The notes: generated by a model not told the origin, from the letters alone. DNA of 64,000 nucleotides from an uncultured bacterium (GCA_964469895.1 CAYYAB010000001.1:1695-65694); one strand, 5' to 3'. Positions 54,817-63,756 are shown, numbered from the stretch's first letter. Numbers and translations are program-made.

Positions 54817-55275
54817 ATGAAGCGGATTCTTTGGGCTTTGGGAATGGTTTTGGGGCTTTCCTGGGCGCTCGCCCTCGGCAACCCTCAGCCTTCGCTGGCG
54901 GTGCGGGGTGGGTACGCCGGGGGTGCAGCCTTTGGGCTCGAGGCTTCCTGGAACTGCCTCCTCTTCCAGCCGCCGGTCGGGGTGCTCCGGCCCACGCTGG
55001 ATCTCGGCTATGCCGGCGGCCTGGACGCCGCCTTCGCCATGCGCTACCTGGCCTCGTTGCCGCTCATGGAGGGGGTTCGCGCGGGAGGCGGAGCCGGCGT
55101 GGGTTACGCCGGGGGGTTTTACGGATTCGTCCGGGGCGATGCCGAGTTCGACCTTGACGTGGGGACCCTTCCGCTTCCGGTGTTCTTGGGGTTGGACGCG
55201 GGATACGCTTTCAACCTTGAGCGGGACGCCTTTAAGGGGCCTTTTGCGGCGTTAAAGCTGGGTCTCCGTTTCTAA
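54817..55275 (+). CDS. small outer-membrane beta-barrel-like protein
   Basis: Start chosen at ATG 54817. Signal peptide MKRILWALGMVLGLSWALA, alternating Gly/aromatic beta-strand pattern, C-terminal LGLRF ending in Phe. Confidence 0.6.
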   Translation: MKRILWALGMVLGLSWALALGNPQPSLAVRGGYAGGAAFGLEASWNCLLFQPPVGVLRPTLDLGYAGGLDAAFAMRYLASLPLMEGVRAGGGAGVGYAGGFYGFVRGDAEFDLDVGTLPLPVFLGLDAGYAFNLERDAFKGPFAALKLGLRF

Positions 55276-56319
55276 GCGCTCGCCAGACGTGGCCCCGGGG
55301 CCTTTTGCCTCGGGGTTTTTCTTCATCACCTCGCGGAGCAGGCTGGTGGCGTAGCTACCCTTGGGGAGGAAGAAGGAAAGCCAAACGCCACCCTCGGCGG
55401 GTTCGAGGTGAGCTTCCTCCAGGGGAACCCGGATCGGGCGGCGGGCGCCCCGGCGGGCGGAAAAGTCGGCGCGGGAGAGGCCGAAGCGCTCGAGGATCGC
55501 GTCTTCAAACGCGCGGGATTCCTCCCTGGCTTCGAAGTATTTCTTGCCAAAGAGCGGCCCGGTAGGGCTGATCTCGAGGGTCTGGGCCCGGGGGTTTTCC
55601 TGCTCGGGGTCTTCCACCCGGAACTCGCCGCCGGTCGCGTGCTTCTTGGCGATGTCGCCCTTTAGGAACCGGTCGTAGAGGCCCTGCCGGAGCCTTTCCG
55701 CCAGGTAGGCGTTGAAGAGGAGGCTTTGCACGCTTCCGATCAGGAAGCGCTGGAGCCAGGGGCGGCCTCGCCCTTTTTTCTTCTGGATGAGCTCGAGCCC
55801 CTTTTCGGGGTTTTTCCCCTGGAGCCCGAAGCGCTGGGGGCCGTAATAGTTGGGAACGCCCTTTTCGCGGAGCCGATCGAGCACGGCTTTGGCCTTCTCG
55901 AGCTCCGCCCCCACCACGAAGACCCGGAAGCGGTTGCCCCTTAGGTGGCCGGTTTTGAGCTTGTTCGTGTGGCGGCCCGTGTTTAGCACCCGGATCTTGC
56001 CCGGTTCTTCGAAGGCTTTGAGCACGTGTTCGTAGCGTACTGGGATCGAGAGCCACTGCCGGGTGACGGCGTATTTGTCCTTAAGCCCCGCGACCCCGAT
56101 CCCCACCTCGGGAACCCCGAGGGCGACGAGGCGGTCCACCAGGTCGCGGGTGGTGAGGCCGCGTTTTTCCACCCAGAGGTAGAGGTGTTCCCCCGAGCCC
56201 GAGGGGAGGTAGGCGGGGACTTCCTCGACCTGGAAGTGCTCGAGCTCCGCCCGGATTCGCTCGCCGGTTCCGGGCAGATCCTCGGTGAGGTAGGGGAGGG
56301 CGTCGAAGTCGGGGCGCAC
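55252..56319 (-). CDS. truD: tRNA pseudouridine(13) synthase TruD
   Basis: FQVEEVP, AGLKDKYAVTRQW (catalytic Asp motif) and NYYGPQRFG. Confidence 0.9.
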   Translation of the reverse strand: MRPDFDALPYLTEDLPGTGERIRAELEHFQVEEVPAYLPSGSGEHLYLWVEKRGLTTRDLVDRLVALGVPEVGIGVAGLKDKYAVTRQWLSIPVRYEHVLKAFEEPGKIRVLNTGRHTNKLKTGHLRGNRFRVFVVGAELEKAKAVLDRLREKGVPNYYGPQRFGLQGKNPEKGLELIQKKKGRGRPWLQRFLIGSVQSLLFNAYLAERLRQGLYDRFLKGDIAKKHATGGEFRVEDPEQENPRAQTLEISPTGPLFGKKYFEAREESRAFEDAILERFGLSRADFSARRGARRPIRVPLEEAHLEPAEGGVWLSFFLPKGSYATSLLREVMKKNPEAKGPGATSGERLETETQL

Positions 56320-56325
56320 CGCCTT

Positions 56326-57882
56326 ATGCTAACGCCGGTGGAGGAACGGTTTAAGGCGGAGCTAACGCGGCTGTGCCCCGAAGGGACCCTGGTCCTCGCG
56401 GTCTCGGGTGGGGGCGACTCGGTGGCGCTCGCCGTGCTCGTCCACCGCCTCGGTCGCAAGGCCGTCCTCGCCCACCTGGACCACGGCCTCAGGCCCGAGT
56501 CGGGGGAGGACGCCGCCTTCGTCCGGGCGCTTGCCGGGCGGCTTGGGTTTCCGGTGGTGATCGAGCGGGCGGACGTCGCCCGGATTGCCCGGGAAAAGGG
56601 GGAGAACCTGGAGGCGGTGGCCCGCGAACTCCGCTACGCTTTCCTCGCCCGGGTGGCGAGGCGCTTTGGCGCCCGCTGCATCCTCACCGCCCACACCGCC
56701 GACGACCAGGCCGAGACCGTGCTCTTTCAGCTCTTTACCGGTACCGCCCGTGCCCTCGGGATCCGGAAGTCCCGGGGTCCGGTCAAGCGCCCCCTGCTCT
56801 TCGCCAGGAGGGCCGAGCTCCGCGCCTATCTCGAAGCCCGGGGCTTTCCCTGGCGGGAGGACCGCACCAATCTGGATCTCACACGGGACCGCGCTTACCT
56901 CCGCCACGAGGTCCTGCCCCGCGTCGAGGCTCGCTTTCCGGGAGCGGTGGCCGCCCTCGGCCGCTTCGCCGAGGCACGCCAGGCGGAGGAGGACTGGCTT
57001 GAGGACGAGGCGAAGGCCCTTCTCCTTTCCGACCCCCGCTTCTTCGTCCCGAACTACCGAGCGCTTCCCCTTCTCAAAGCGCCGTCGCCGCTTCGGGAAA
57101 GGGCGCTCCGGCAGGTTTTGGAAGCCGCTCGGATCCGCCCCGAGGCCCGCCATCTAAATGCCTTGGAAAAGGCCCTCTTGGGCGGCAAGGCGGCCCTACC
57201 GGGCGGGCTTCTTGCCCGGGGCTACGCGGGGGCGCTTTTTTTGATTCCAAAGGAAGCTCCTCCCTTTCCGTCGCCTCGGGGCCTCGAGCCCTGCACCTAC
57301 CGGAAGGGCCTAAAGCTCGAAAAAGGCGGCCGGCTCGACGCGTTCTTTCGTGCGCGCGGCGTGCCGCCCGAGCTCAGGCCGCTCTGGCCCCTTGCCTGCG
57401 AGGAAGGGAGCGTGGTCTGGATTCAGGACCTCTATCCCGAGCCGCCCGAGGACCGCTTCCTGCGGCGGGCCCTTTCGCTTGCCAAAAGGGCGGCAAAAAG
57501 GGGCGAGGTGCCCATCGGGGCGGTGCTGGTAAAAGACGGGGCGGTCCTTGCCGAGGACCACAACCGGGTCCGGGAGATGACCGACCCCACCGCCCACGCC
57601 GAGCTCCTTGTTCTGAGGTCCGTCTTCGAGCAGGGCCTCGATCCCCGGGGGGCGACGCTTTTCGTCAGCCTCGAGCCCTGCCCAATGTGCTACGGGGCCC
57701 TTTTTGAGGCGGGAGTCGGAACCCTTTACTACGCCACCGAGAACGAGAAGATGGGGGCCTTTAGCGTCCACCGCCTGAGGCCCCCCTTTCCCGTGGTGCC
57801 TGGACGCTTCGCCGCCGCGAGTGCTAAACTTCTATCCGGGTTTTTCGCCCGTTTACGCTCGGAGGGGTGCCGGAGCGGTTGA
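56326..57882 (+). CDS. tilS: fusion protein: tRNA(Ile)-lysidine synthetase TilS (N) plus TadA/CDA-type tRNA adenosine deaminase (C)
   Basis: Start chosen at ATG 56326. The PP-loop VLAVSGGGDSVAL and TAHTADDQAETVLF are TilS motifs. The C-terminal HAELLVL and SLEPCPMCYGAL are the deaminase H(A/C)E and PCxxC zinc motifs. The last 22 nt overlap tRNA-Ser. Confidence 0.85.
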   Translation: MLTPVEERFKAELTRLCPEGTLVLAVSGGGDSVALAVLVHRLGRKAVLAHLDHGLRPESGEDAAFVRALAGRLGFPVVIERADVARIAREKGENLEAVARELRYAFLARVARRFGARCILTAHTADDQAETVLFQLFTGTARALGIRKSRGPVKRPLLFARRAELRAYLEARGFPWREDRTNLDLTRDRAYLRHEVLPRVEARFPGAVAALGRFAEARQAEEDWLEDEAKALLLSDPRFFVPNYRALPLLKAPSPLRERALRQVLEAARIRPEARHLNALEKALLGGKAALPGGLLARGYAGALFLIPKEAPPFPSPRGLEPCTYRKGLKLEKGGRLDAFFRARGVPPELRPLWPLACEEGSVVWIQDLYPEPPEDRFLRRALSLAKRAAKRGEVPIGAVLVKDGAVLAEDHNRVREMTDPTAHAELLVLRSVFEQGLDPRGATLFVSLEPCPMCYGALFEAGVGTLYYATENEKMGAFSVHRLRPPFPVVPGRFAAASAKLLSGFFARLRSEGCRSG

Positions 57883-57950
57883 ACGGGCCGGTCTCGAAAA
57901 CCGGTGTACCCGTAAGGGTACCGCGGGTTCGAATCCCGCCCCCTCCGCCA
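57861..57950 (+). tRNA. tRNA-Ser (anticodon CGA), long variable arm, CCA encoded
   Basis: Acceptor GGAGGGG/CCCCTCC, anticodon stem CCGGT/ACCGG with loop CTCGAAA, variable arm GTACCC-gtaa-GGGTAC, T arm GCGGG-TTCGAAT-CCCGC. Confidence 0.9.
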
Positions 57951-57954
57951 GGTT

Positions 57955-57981
57955 CCGCCCGCAAGGGCGGGTTTCACTTTT
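57955..57981 (+). terminator. intrinsic terminator after tRNA-Ser (shared with the convergent gene end)
   Basis: CCGCCC-gcaa-GGGCGG followed by GTTTCACTTTT. Confidence 0.6.
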
Positions 57982-58678
57982 CCAAGATTGGCTGGGGTCG
58001 AAAGCCGACGACGTCGGCGGCCACCAGGTGGAGGGGGATTCCCTTCCACTCCCGGGGCAGCTTTTCGGGGTCGGCGGTGTGGAGGTGGCCGTAGACCACC
58101 GCGTCGGGACGGGCCTCTTCGATCAGCTCGGTGAAAAGCGTGGGCTCCCCGCCCGGGCCGAAGGGGGGGTAGTGGAGGGCGACGATCAGGCGTTCGTGGG
58201 GCTTTCGCCTCGCGTCCGCAAGCGAGAGCCTGAGCCTTTCCGCCTCGCGGCGATAGATCTTTTCGTCGTGTTCGGTGAACTCGCGCTCAAAGGGGGTGAT
58301 CCAGCCCCGGCTTCCGGCCACCGCCACCCCGCCGATCACCACCGCGTCGTTTTGGATCGCGTGCATCTTCGGAGGGAGGGCCTTCCGGAGCTTGGATATC
58401 GAGGGCCACCAGTAGTCGTGGTTGCCCCTCAGAATCACCTTGAACCCGGGAAGCTCGGCGATCGCCTGGAGATCCGGCAGGGCTTCCTCGAGTCGCATCG
58501 CCCAGGAGATGTCCCCGGGGATCACCACCAGGTCGTCCTCGCCCACGGTCTCCCGCCAGCGCTCGAAGAAGACCTCGGGGTGGCCGGCCCAGGCGGGGCC
58601 GAAGATCGTCATCGGCTTTTTGACCTGGCTCCCGAGGTGGGGGTCGGCGATGGCGAAGACGCGCACGGGGGTTAGCAT
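57974..58678 (-). CDS. metallophosphoesterase
   Basis: AIADPHLG, PGDISW, GNHDYWW and GHLH motifs. Confidence 0.82.
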   Translation of the reverse strand: MLTPVRVFAIADPHLGSQVKKPMTIFGPAWAGHPEVFFERWRETVGEDDLVVIPGDISWAMRLEEALPDLQAIAELPGFKVILRGNHDYWWPSISKLRKALPPKMHAIQNDAVVIGGVAVAGSRGWITPFEREFTEHDEKIYRREAERLRLSLADARRKPHERLIVALHYPPFGPGGEPTLFTELIEEARPDAVVYGHLHTADPEKLPREWKGIPLHLVAADVVGFRPQPILEK

Positions 58679-58685
58679 AGCAAGC

Positions 58686-59114
58686 GTGGGGAAGGCCCTA
58701 AGCCGGGCGCTCGCCTTGCTTTCACGTCGGGCTTACACCGAGGCCGAGCTCCGGGAAAAGCTCGCCGAATACCCCGAGGCGGAGGTGGAGGCGGCGCTCG
58801 TTCGGCTCCGGGAGTGGGGCTACCTCGACGACCGGAAGCTGGCCGAGGCCTTCGTCCGCAGGCGTGCACGGCGCTACGGCCCCTACCGCCTGGCCCGGGA
58901 TCTGCGTGCCCGGGGGGTTCCCGAGGATCTGGTCGGGGAGCTCGTTTCGGACCTGGCCGAGGAAGAGGCGGCGGTGTCTTTGCTTTCACGGCGCTGGTCG
59001 CGGTACCGGGGGAACCGGGCCCGGGCGGTGCGCTTTCTCTTGGGGCGCGGGTTTTCGCTCGAGGCGGCGCTTTCCGCCTTCGATCGCTTGCAGCGGGAGG
59101 AGGCGCCGGGGTAG
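58686..59114 (+). CDS. recX: RecA regulator RecX
   Basis: ALALLSRRAYTEAELREKL..WGYLDDRKLAEAFVRRR shows the three-repeat RecX pattern. GTG start preceded by TAGCAT plus 7 nt. Confidence 0.8.
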   Translation: MGKALSRALALLSRRAYTEAELREKLAEYPEAEVEAALVRLREWGYLDDRKLAEAFVRRRARRYGPYRLARDLRARGVPEDLVGELVSDLAEEEAAVSLLSRRWSRYRGNRARAVRFLLGRGFSLEAALSAFDRLQREEAPG

Positions 59115-59123
59115 AACTGGATC

Positions 59124-59561
59124 ATGCCCCAAGTACGTGCGGAAGTCTTCGTTCCTAGGCCTCCGGAGGAGGTCTATCGGCTCGCCAAGGACCTCGAAGG
59201 GCTAAAGCCCTACTTGAAGGACGTCGAAACGCTGAAGGTGGTCGAGTCCACTCCTGAGCGCACCAAGAGCGAGTGGGTCGCGGTGGCGATGGGGAAGCGG
59301 GTGCGCTGGGTCGAGGTCGAGGAGTGGAACGACGCCGAGCTTAAAAACCGCTTTTACTCGCCCGAGGGCGACTTCGATAGGTACGAGGGCACCTGGGCCT
59401 TTCTGCCCGAGGGGGACGGGACCCGGGTGGTGCTCGAGATCGACTACGAGCTGAACCTGCCCCTATTTGGCGGAATTTTGAAAAAGCTCGTGCAGAAGCT
59501 GATGCAGGAAAACGCCGAGATGTTCTTGCGGGGGCTTAAAGAGCGGGCGCTCGCCACCTAG
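59124..59561 (+). CDS. SRPBCC-superfamily (polyketide cyclase/dehydrase-like) protein
   Basis: Length and pattern VFVPRPPEEVYRLAKDLEGLKPYL..YEGTWAFLPEGDGTRVVLEIDYEL are typical of the SRPBCC fold. Confidence 0.7.
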   Translation: MPQVRAEVFVPRPPEEVYRLAKDLEGLKPYLKDVETLKVVESTPERTKSEWVAVAMGKRVRWVEVEEWNDAELKNRFYSPEGDFDRYEGTWAFLPEGDGTRVVLEIDYELNLPLFGGILKKLVQKLMQENAEMFLRGLKERALAT

Positions 59562-59564
59562 GCT

Positions 59565-59606
59565 TGCTACAATCAGGGTATGGATCGCCCGGCGCGCCGA
59601 TGTTGA
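59565..59606 (+). promoter_or_regulatory. extended -10 promoter (TGCTACAAT) followed after 6 nt by an 8-codon mini-ORF ending in Cys (candidate cysS leader)
   Basis: TGCTACAAT at 59565-59573, then ATG GAT CGC CCG GCG CGC CGA TGT TGA at 59580-59606 (MDRPARRC). A hairpin CGGGG(59610-14)/CCCCG(59630-34) follows. Confidence 0.4.
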
Positions 59607-59666
59607 GGCCGGGGCAGCAAGCGGGCTCTCCCCGAAAAGCAGGTCTTTTCCTGGAAGGAGGCAGCG

Positions 59667-61112
59667 GTGGAGTTTTTCCTCTACAACACCCTGAGCAAGC
59701 GGAAGGAGCCCTTCAGGCCCAAGGTGGAAGGGCACGTGGGGATCTACGTCTGCGGGCCGACGGTCTACTCCGACGCCCACCTGGGGCACGCGAAGAGCGC
59801 GGTGAGCTTCGACGTGCTCAGGCGCTGGCTTTTGCACCTCGGCTACCGGGTGCGCTACGTTTCCAACGTCACCGACGTCGGCCATCTCACCGACGACGCC
59901 GACGAGGGGGAGGACAAGATCCAAAAGCGGGCCAAGATCGAGCGCCTCGAGCCCATGGAGGTCGCCGACAAGTATTTCTGGCGCTACTTCGAGGACATGG
60001 ACGCCCTCAACGTGCTCCGGCCCGACATCACCCCCCGGGCGACCGGGCACATCGTCGAGCAGATCGAGCTTACGAAAGAGCTCCTGCGCCGCGGCTACGC
60101 TTATGAGCGGAACGGGTCGGTCTACTTCCGCGCCTCGAAGTGGCCGGAGTACGGGAAGCTTTCGGGGAGGAAGCTCGAGGACCAGGTGGCAGGCGCCCGG
60201 GTCGAGGTCCGCGAGGAGAAGGAGGACCCCCGCGATTGGGCGCTTTGGAAGCGGGCCGAGCCCGGCCACCTGATGCGCTGGCCGAGCCCCTGGGGTGAGG
60301 GTTTTCCCGGATGGCACATCGAGTGCACGGTGATGAGCCTCAAGTACCTGGGGGACGGCTTCGACATCCACGGCGGGGGCATCGACCTGCAGTTTCCCCA
60401 CCACGAGGCCGAGATCGCCCAGGCCGAGGCCGCCGGCCACGCGTTTGCCCGCTACTGGATGCACAATAACCACGTGCTCCTCGGCGGCGAGAAGATGGCG
60501 AAGTCCACCGGGAACTTCATCACGTTAAGGGAGCTCTTTGAGCGGGTCGAGCCCTTGGTGGTGCGGTTTTACCTGCTCCAGAGCCACTACCGCTCGGTGA
60601 CCGACTTTACCGAGGAGGGGCTCGAAGCCGCGAAGAAGGGGTACTTTCGTCTCCTCGACGCCTACCGCGAGGTCAGGCGGCGAAGAAAGAATGCTCCCGG
60701 GGGTGCGGACCCCGCCCTCGACGCCGCCACCGAACGGTTGCGCGCCTCCTTCGCCGAGGCGATGAACGACGACCTCGGGACCCCGGAGGCGCTCGCCGCC
60801 TTTTTTACTTGGCTTCCCGAGCTCAATAAGGCGCTCTCCCGCGAGGTGGGTAGGGAGAGCCTCGAGCGGGCGGAGGCCGCTTTCCGGGAGCTCGGAGAGG
60901 GAGTGCTCGGGCTCTTCCCCGAGCGGGTGCTCACCGAGAAGCTCGAGGGGCCGGCGCTGGAGGGTTTGATGGAGCTCGTGCTCGAGCTCCGCGAAGAGGC
61001 CCGCCGGCGCAAGGACTATGCCCTCGCCGACCGGGTGCGCGACCGGCTCGCCGAGCTTGGGGTGGTCGTCGAGGACACCCCCAAGGGGCCTCGCTGGAAG
61101 CTGGTAAGCTAA
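59667..61112 (+). CDS. cysS: cysteinyl-tRNA synthetase
   Basis: [15 protein letters not shown] (HIGH), FPGWHIECT and KMAKSTGN (KMSKS). GTG start with SD GGAAGGAGG. Confidence 0.95.
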   Translation: MEFFLYNTLSKRKEPFRPKVEGHVGIYVCGPTVYSDAHLGHAKSAVSFDVLRRWLLHLGYRVRYVSNVTDVGHLTDDADEGEDKIQKRAKIERLEPMEVADKYFWRYFEDMDALNVLRPDITPRATGHIVEQIELTKELLRRGYAYERNGSVYFRASKWPEYGKLSGRKLEDQVAGARVEVREEKEDPRDWALWKRAEPGHLMRWPSPWGEGFPGWHIECTVMSLKYLGDGFDIHGGGIDLQFPHHEAEIAQAEAAGHAFARYWMHNNHVLLGGEKMAKSTGNFITLRELFERVEPLVVRFYLLQSHYRSVTDFTEEGLEAAKKGYFRLLDAYREVRRRRKNAPGGADPALDAATERLRASFAEAMNDDLGTPEALAAFFTWLPELNKALSREVGRESLERAEAAFRELGEGVLGLFPERVLTEKLEGPALEGLMELVLELREEARRRKDYALADRVRDRLAELGVVVEDTPKGPRWKLVS

Positions 61113-61127
61113 AGCTGGAGGTGGGGC

Positions 61128-61322
61128 ATGACGGCAAGGTTGATCGTGCTCTGGGTAGTGATCGCGGTGATCTTTTGGGCCCTGGCTTTCATTTTCAACG
61201 GCATCTTCTTCGGAACCTGGAGCATAACCTGGCAACAGGGCTTGATCGGCGTGCTAGTTGGTTTCTTCGCTGGCGCCTTTCTGGATCTTTTCCTGGGATC
61301 GGTCGGGGAGCCGGAAGCCTAG
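61128..61322 (+). CDS. small membrane protein (64 aa, two TM helices)
   Basis: LIVLWVVIAVIFWALAFIF and GLIGVLVGFFAGAFLDLFLG. The stop overlaps the convergent rsmB stop. Confidence 0.5.
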   Translation: MTARLIVLWVVIAVIFWALAFIFNGIFFGTWSITWQQGLIGVLVGFFAGAFLDLFLGSVGEPEA

Positions 61323-62560
61323 CGCCGCCGGAACCGGGCGTAGAAGAACCCGTCGAGGCCGGCCTCGGGGCGAACGTAGGCCCCGGGGTCCTGCTTTAGA
61401 GCTGGGAAGGGGAGGGAAAAGGGCTCGAGCACAAACTCCGGGTGCTCGGTCAGGAAACGACGAACCACCTCCATCCCCTCCGCCTCGGTGAGGCTGCAAA
61501 CGGCGTAAACGAGCCGCCCCCCGGGCAAGGTAGCGGTGGCTGCGGTCTCGAGCAGTGGGTACTGGAGTGCCGCCATGGCTTCGGGATCCCCGGGCTGGAT
61601 GCGATAGCGCAGCTCGGGGTGGTGACGAAAGGTCCCGGTGCCGGTGCAAGGGGCGTCGAGCAGTACGTAAGGGGCTTGCTCCGCGATCGGCCGGGTAAGG
61701 TCTGCAGTCTTGAACGTCACCGCGATCCCGAGGCGCTTTAGGTTTTTCCTACCGGCCTCCTGGCGCCTTGGGTTTTTGTCGTAGCTGATGACCTGGGCAC
61801 CTTGGGCCGCGAGCCAGGCGGCCTTGAGCCCGGCTCCACCCGCGAGGTCGAGGACCTGCGCCCCCGGGGGAGCCTCGAGCAGCTGGGCGGCGAAGAGCGA
61901 GGCGGGGTTTTGGGGCTGAATCCAACCCGAGCGGTAGGCGGAAAGCGCCCGGAGGGGCCCGCCCATGAGCTTGAGGCTTCCGGGCACCGGTCCCGGTTCG
62001 AAAGGTACCCCTTCGTCTTTTAGGGCTTCTTCGGCCCCGGGAAAGGCGGTGACCCAAAGGGGCGGGGGTTCGTTGAAGTGGAAGACGAAGCCTGCGTCCC
62101 CGAAAAAGCGCTGCCAGTGCTCGTAGAGGAATCGGGGAACCGAAGCCTCGATCCATGGCGGCGCCTTTTCCGCCCGTACCCGCCGGAGCACCGCGTTGGT
62201 GAGTCTCGCCTGCCCGGGTGCCGCTGCCTTGGAGAGTTCCACCCACTGGCTCACGGTCGCGTAGTCGGGGGTACGCAAAAACAGCTTTTCGAAGGCGCCA
62301 AGGCGCAGGATCCAGCGCGCGGGCTCGGGCAGGCGCTCGGGGGCCCGGAGCCAGGGTTTGAGCGCATGGTCTAAGTAGTAAAGGCGCTGGAGGGTGCCGT
62401 AGGCGAGCTGGGTGGCGAGTCCCCGATCGGGGCCACTAAGCTCGCTTCTTTCCAGGGCGAGGTCGAGGGTGGGCTCGAGGTATTTTCCCTTGGCCACCCG
62501 CAGAAGTACGCGAAGCGCGAGGGCCCTAGGGCCCTCGCGCGGCTTCCCTCGCGTTTTCAT
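61319..62560 (-). CDS. rsmB: 16S rRNA (cytosine-C5)-methyltransferase RsmB/Sun family (NusB-like N-domain plus MTase)
   Basis: VLDLAGGAGLKAAWLA (SAM motif I), DAPCTGTGTFRHHPE (motif IV) and YAVCSL (motif VI). Confidence 0.85.
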   Translation of the reverse strand: MKTRGKPREGPRALALRVLLRVAKGKYLEPTLDLALERSELSGPDRGLATQLAYGTLQRLYYLDHALKPWLRAPERLPEPARWILRLGAFEKLFLRTPDYATVSQWVELSKAAAPGQARLTNAVLRRVRAEKAPPWIEASVPRFLYEHWQRFFGDAGFVFHFNEPPPLWVTAFPGAEEALKDEGVPFEPGPVPGSLKLMGGPLRALSAYRSGWIQPQNPASLFAAQLLEAPPGAQVLDLAGGAGLKAAWLAAQGAQVISYDKNPRRQEAGRKNLKRLGIAVTFKTADLTRPIAEQAPYVLLDAPCTGTGTFRHHPELRYRIQPGDPEAMAALQYPLLETAATATLPGGRLVYAVCSLTEAEGMEVVRRFLTEHPEFVLEPFSLPFPALKQDPGAYVRPEAGLDGFFYARFRRR

Positions 62561-63243
62561 TCCTCCCGCGCGGTCGATAGGATGGCCGCGTACTGCAGGA
62601 GGTAGGCCACGCTCATCGCCAGGGCGGCGACGTAGGTGAAGGCGGCGGCGGTGAGCACCTTACGGGCCCCGGGAAGTTCCTCGGGGGAGAGCAGGTTGAG
62701 CTCCTTGAGCTTCTTGAGCGCCCGCCGGCTGGCGTCGAGCTCGACCGGAAGGGTGACCAGCTGGAAGAGGGCAGCGGCCCCGAAGAGATAGAGCCCAAGC
62801 TTCGCGAGCCCCAGCGCTCCGATCATCAGTCCGATGATGAAGAGCCAGGGCCCCAGGTTCGAGCCGATCTGGGCCGCCGGCAAGAGCTGGTGACGCACCA
62901 CCAGCCAGGTGTAGCGGCGGGCGTCCTGGATGGCGTGGCCGGTCTCGTGGGCGGCCACGGCGAGCGCCGCAATGCTAGCCGAGGCGTAGTTGGGCTCGGA
63001 GAGCCGGACCGCCTTTTTCAAAGGATCGTAGTGGTCGGTCAGCACACCAGGGACTGGCTCGACCCGAACCTGGGTGAGTCCTTCGGAGTCGAGCACGATC
63101 CGGGCGGTTTCGGCTCCAGAGAGCCCCCTCCGGTTGGGTATGCGGCTGTAGGTGGCGTAGGTCTTTTGCAGCCACCCCTGGATCAGTAGGGTGGCGGCGA
63201 ACACCAGGAGGATCAACCAGGTGAAGGGACCGAAAAGCATCAT
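62557..63243 (-). CDS. membrane-associated zinc metallopeptidase (PF04298-like)
   Basis: AAHETGHAIQD (HExxH) and flanking TM segments. 4-nt overlap with rsmB. Confidence 0.8.
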   Translation of the reverse strand: MMLFGPFTWLILLVFAATLLIQGWLQKTYATYSRIPNRRGLSGAETARIVLDSEGLTQVRVEPVPGVLTDHYDPLKKAVRLSEPNYASASIAALAVAAHETGHAIQDARRYTWLVVRHQLLPAAQIGSNLGPWLFIIGLMIGALGLAKLGLYLFGAAALFQLVTLPVELDASRRALKKLKELNLLSPEELPGARKVLTAAAFTYVAALAMSVAYLLQYAAILSTAREE

Positions 63244-63304
63244 GCTTCCCTAAGCCTAACCCAGGCTAAATGGGAAGACTGAGCGCCGGTTTCCGGTACG
63301 CGCC

Positions 63305-63577
63305 TTAGGGGTTTAAAGGTTGCGCTTTGATGGTAAAGCGCAGCGCGGTGCGCTCCTCGTTTTCGAGTTCCAGCTTGACGAAGGCCGGCTTGACGTAGAG
63401 GTCGAGGTTGTCGGGCGTGATGTAACCACGGGCGATGGCGATGGCCTTCACCGCCTGATTCACCGCTGCCGGACCGATGGCTTGCACCTCAACCTCGCCC
63501 TGGGATCGAAGGAGCGCGGCGATCGCGCCCGCAACGGAGTTGGGCCTGGATTTACCGGACACGCGTAACGTTTCCAC
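63305..63577 (-). CDS. spoVS: SpoVS-like protein
   Basis: LRVSGKSRPNSVAGAIAALLRSQGEVEVQAIGPAAVNQAVKAIAIARGY is the SpoVS family signature. GTG start with SD GGGGAGG. Confidence 0.88.
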   Translation of the reverse strand: METLRVSGKSRPNSVAGAIAALLRSQGEVEVQAIGPAAVNQAVKAIAIARGYITPDNLDLYVKPAFVKLELENEERTALRFTIKAQPLNP

Positions 63578-63612
63578 AGCAACCTCCCCACGTAGTCAAG
63601 ATTACGAAATGC

Positions 63613-63642
63613 ATCTTAGTCGGCGGCTTTTTTCGGTGTCAA
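63613..63642 (-). promoter_or_regulatory. promoter for spoVS (TTGACA, 18 nt, TAAGAT)
   Basis: On the minus strand, TTGACA at 63642-63637 and TAAGAT at 63618-63613. Confidence 0.5.
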
Positions 63643-63661
63643 GCGAAAATGCACACCGGCG

Positions 63662-63690
63662 TTGACCGGTTTTTCGTCGGCCTGTATAAT
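63662..63690 (+). promoter_or_regulatory. promoter for gltB (TTGACC, 17 nt, TATAAT)
   Basis: TTGACC at 63662-63667 and TATAAT at 63685-63690, with a near-consensus 17-nt spacer. Confidence 0.6.
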
Positions 63691-63756
63691 TCACGCAACA
63701 CGGCCGCATCTTCTTTCCGTCGTCGCCGGTATCCCCCAGGAAAACCCGGAGGTGAA

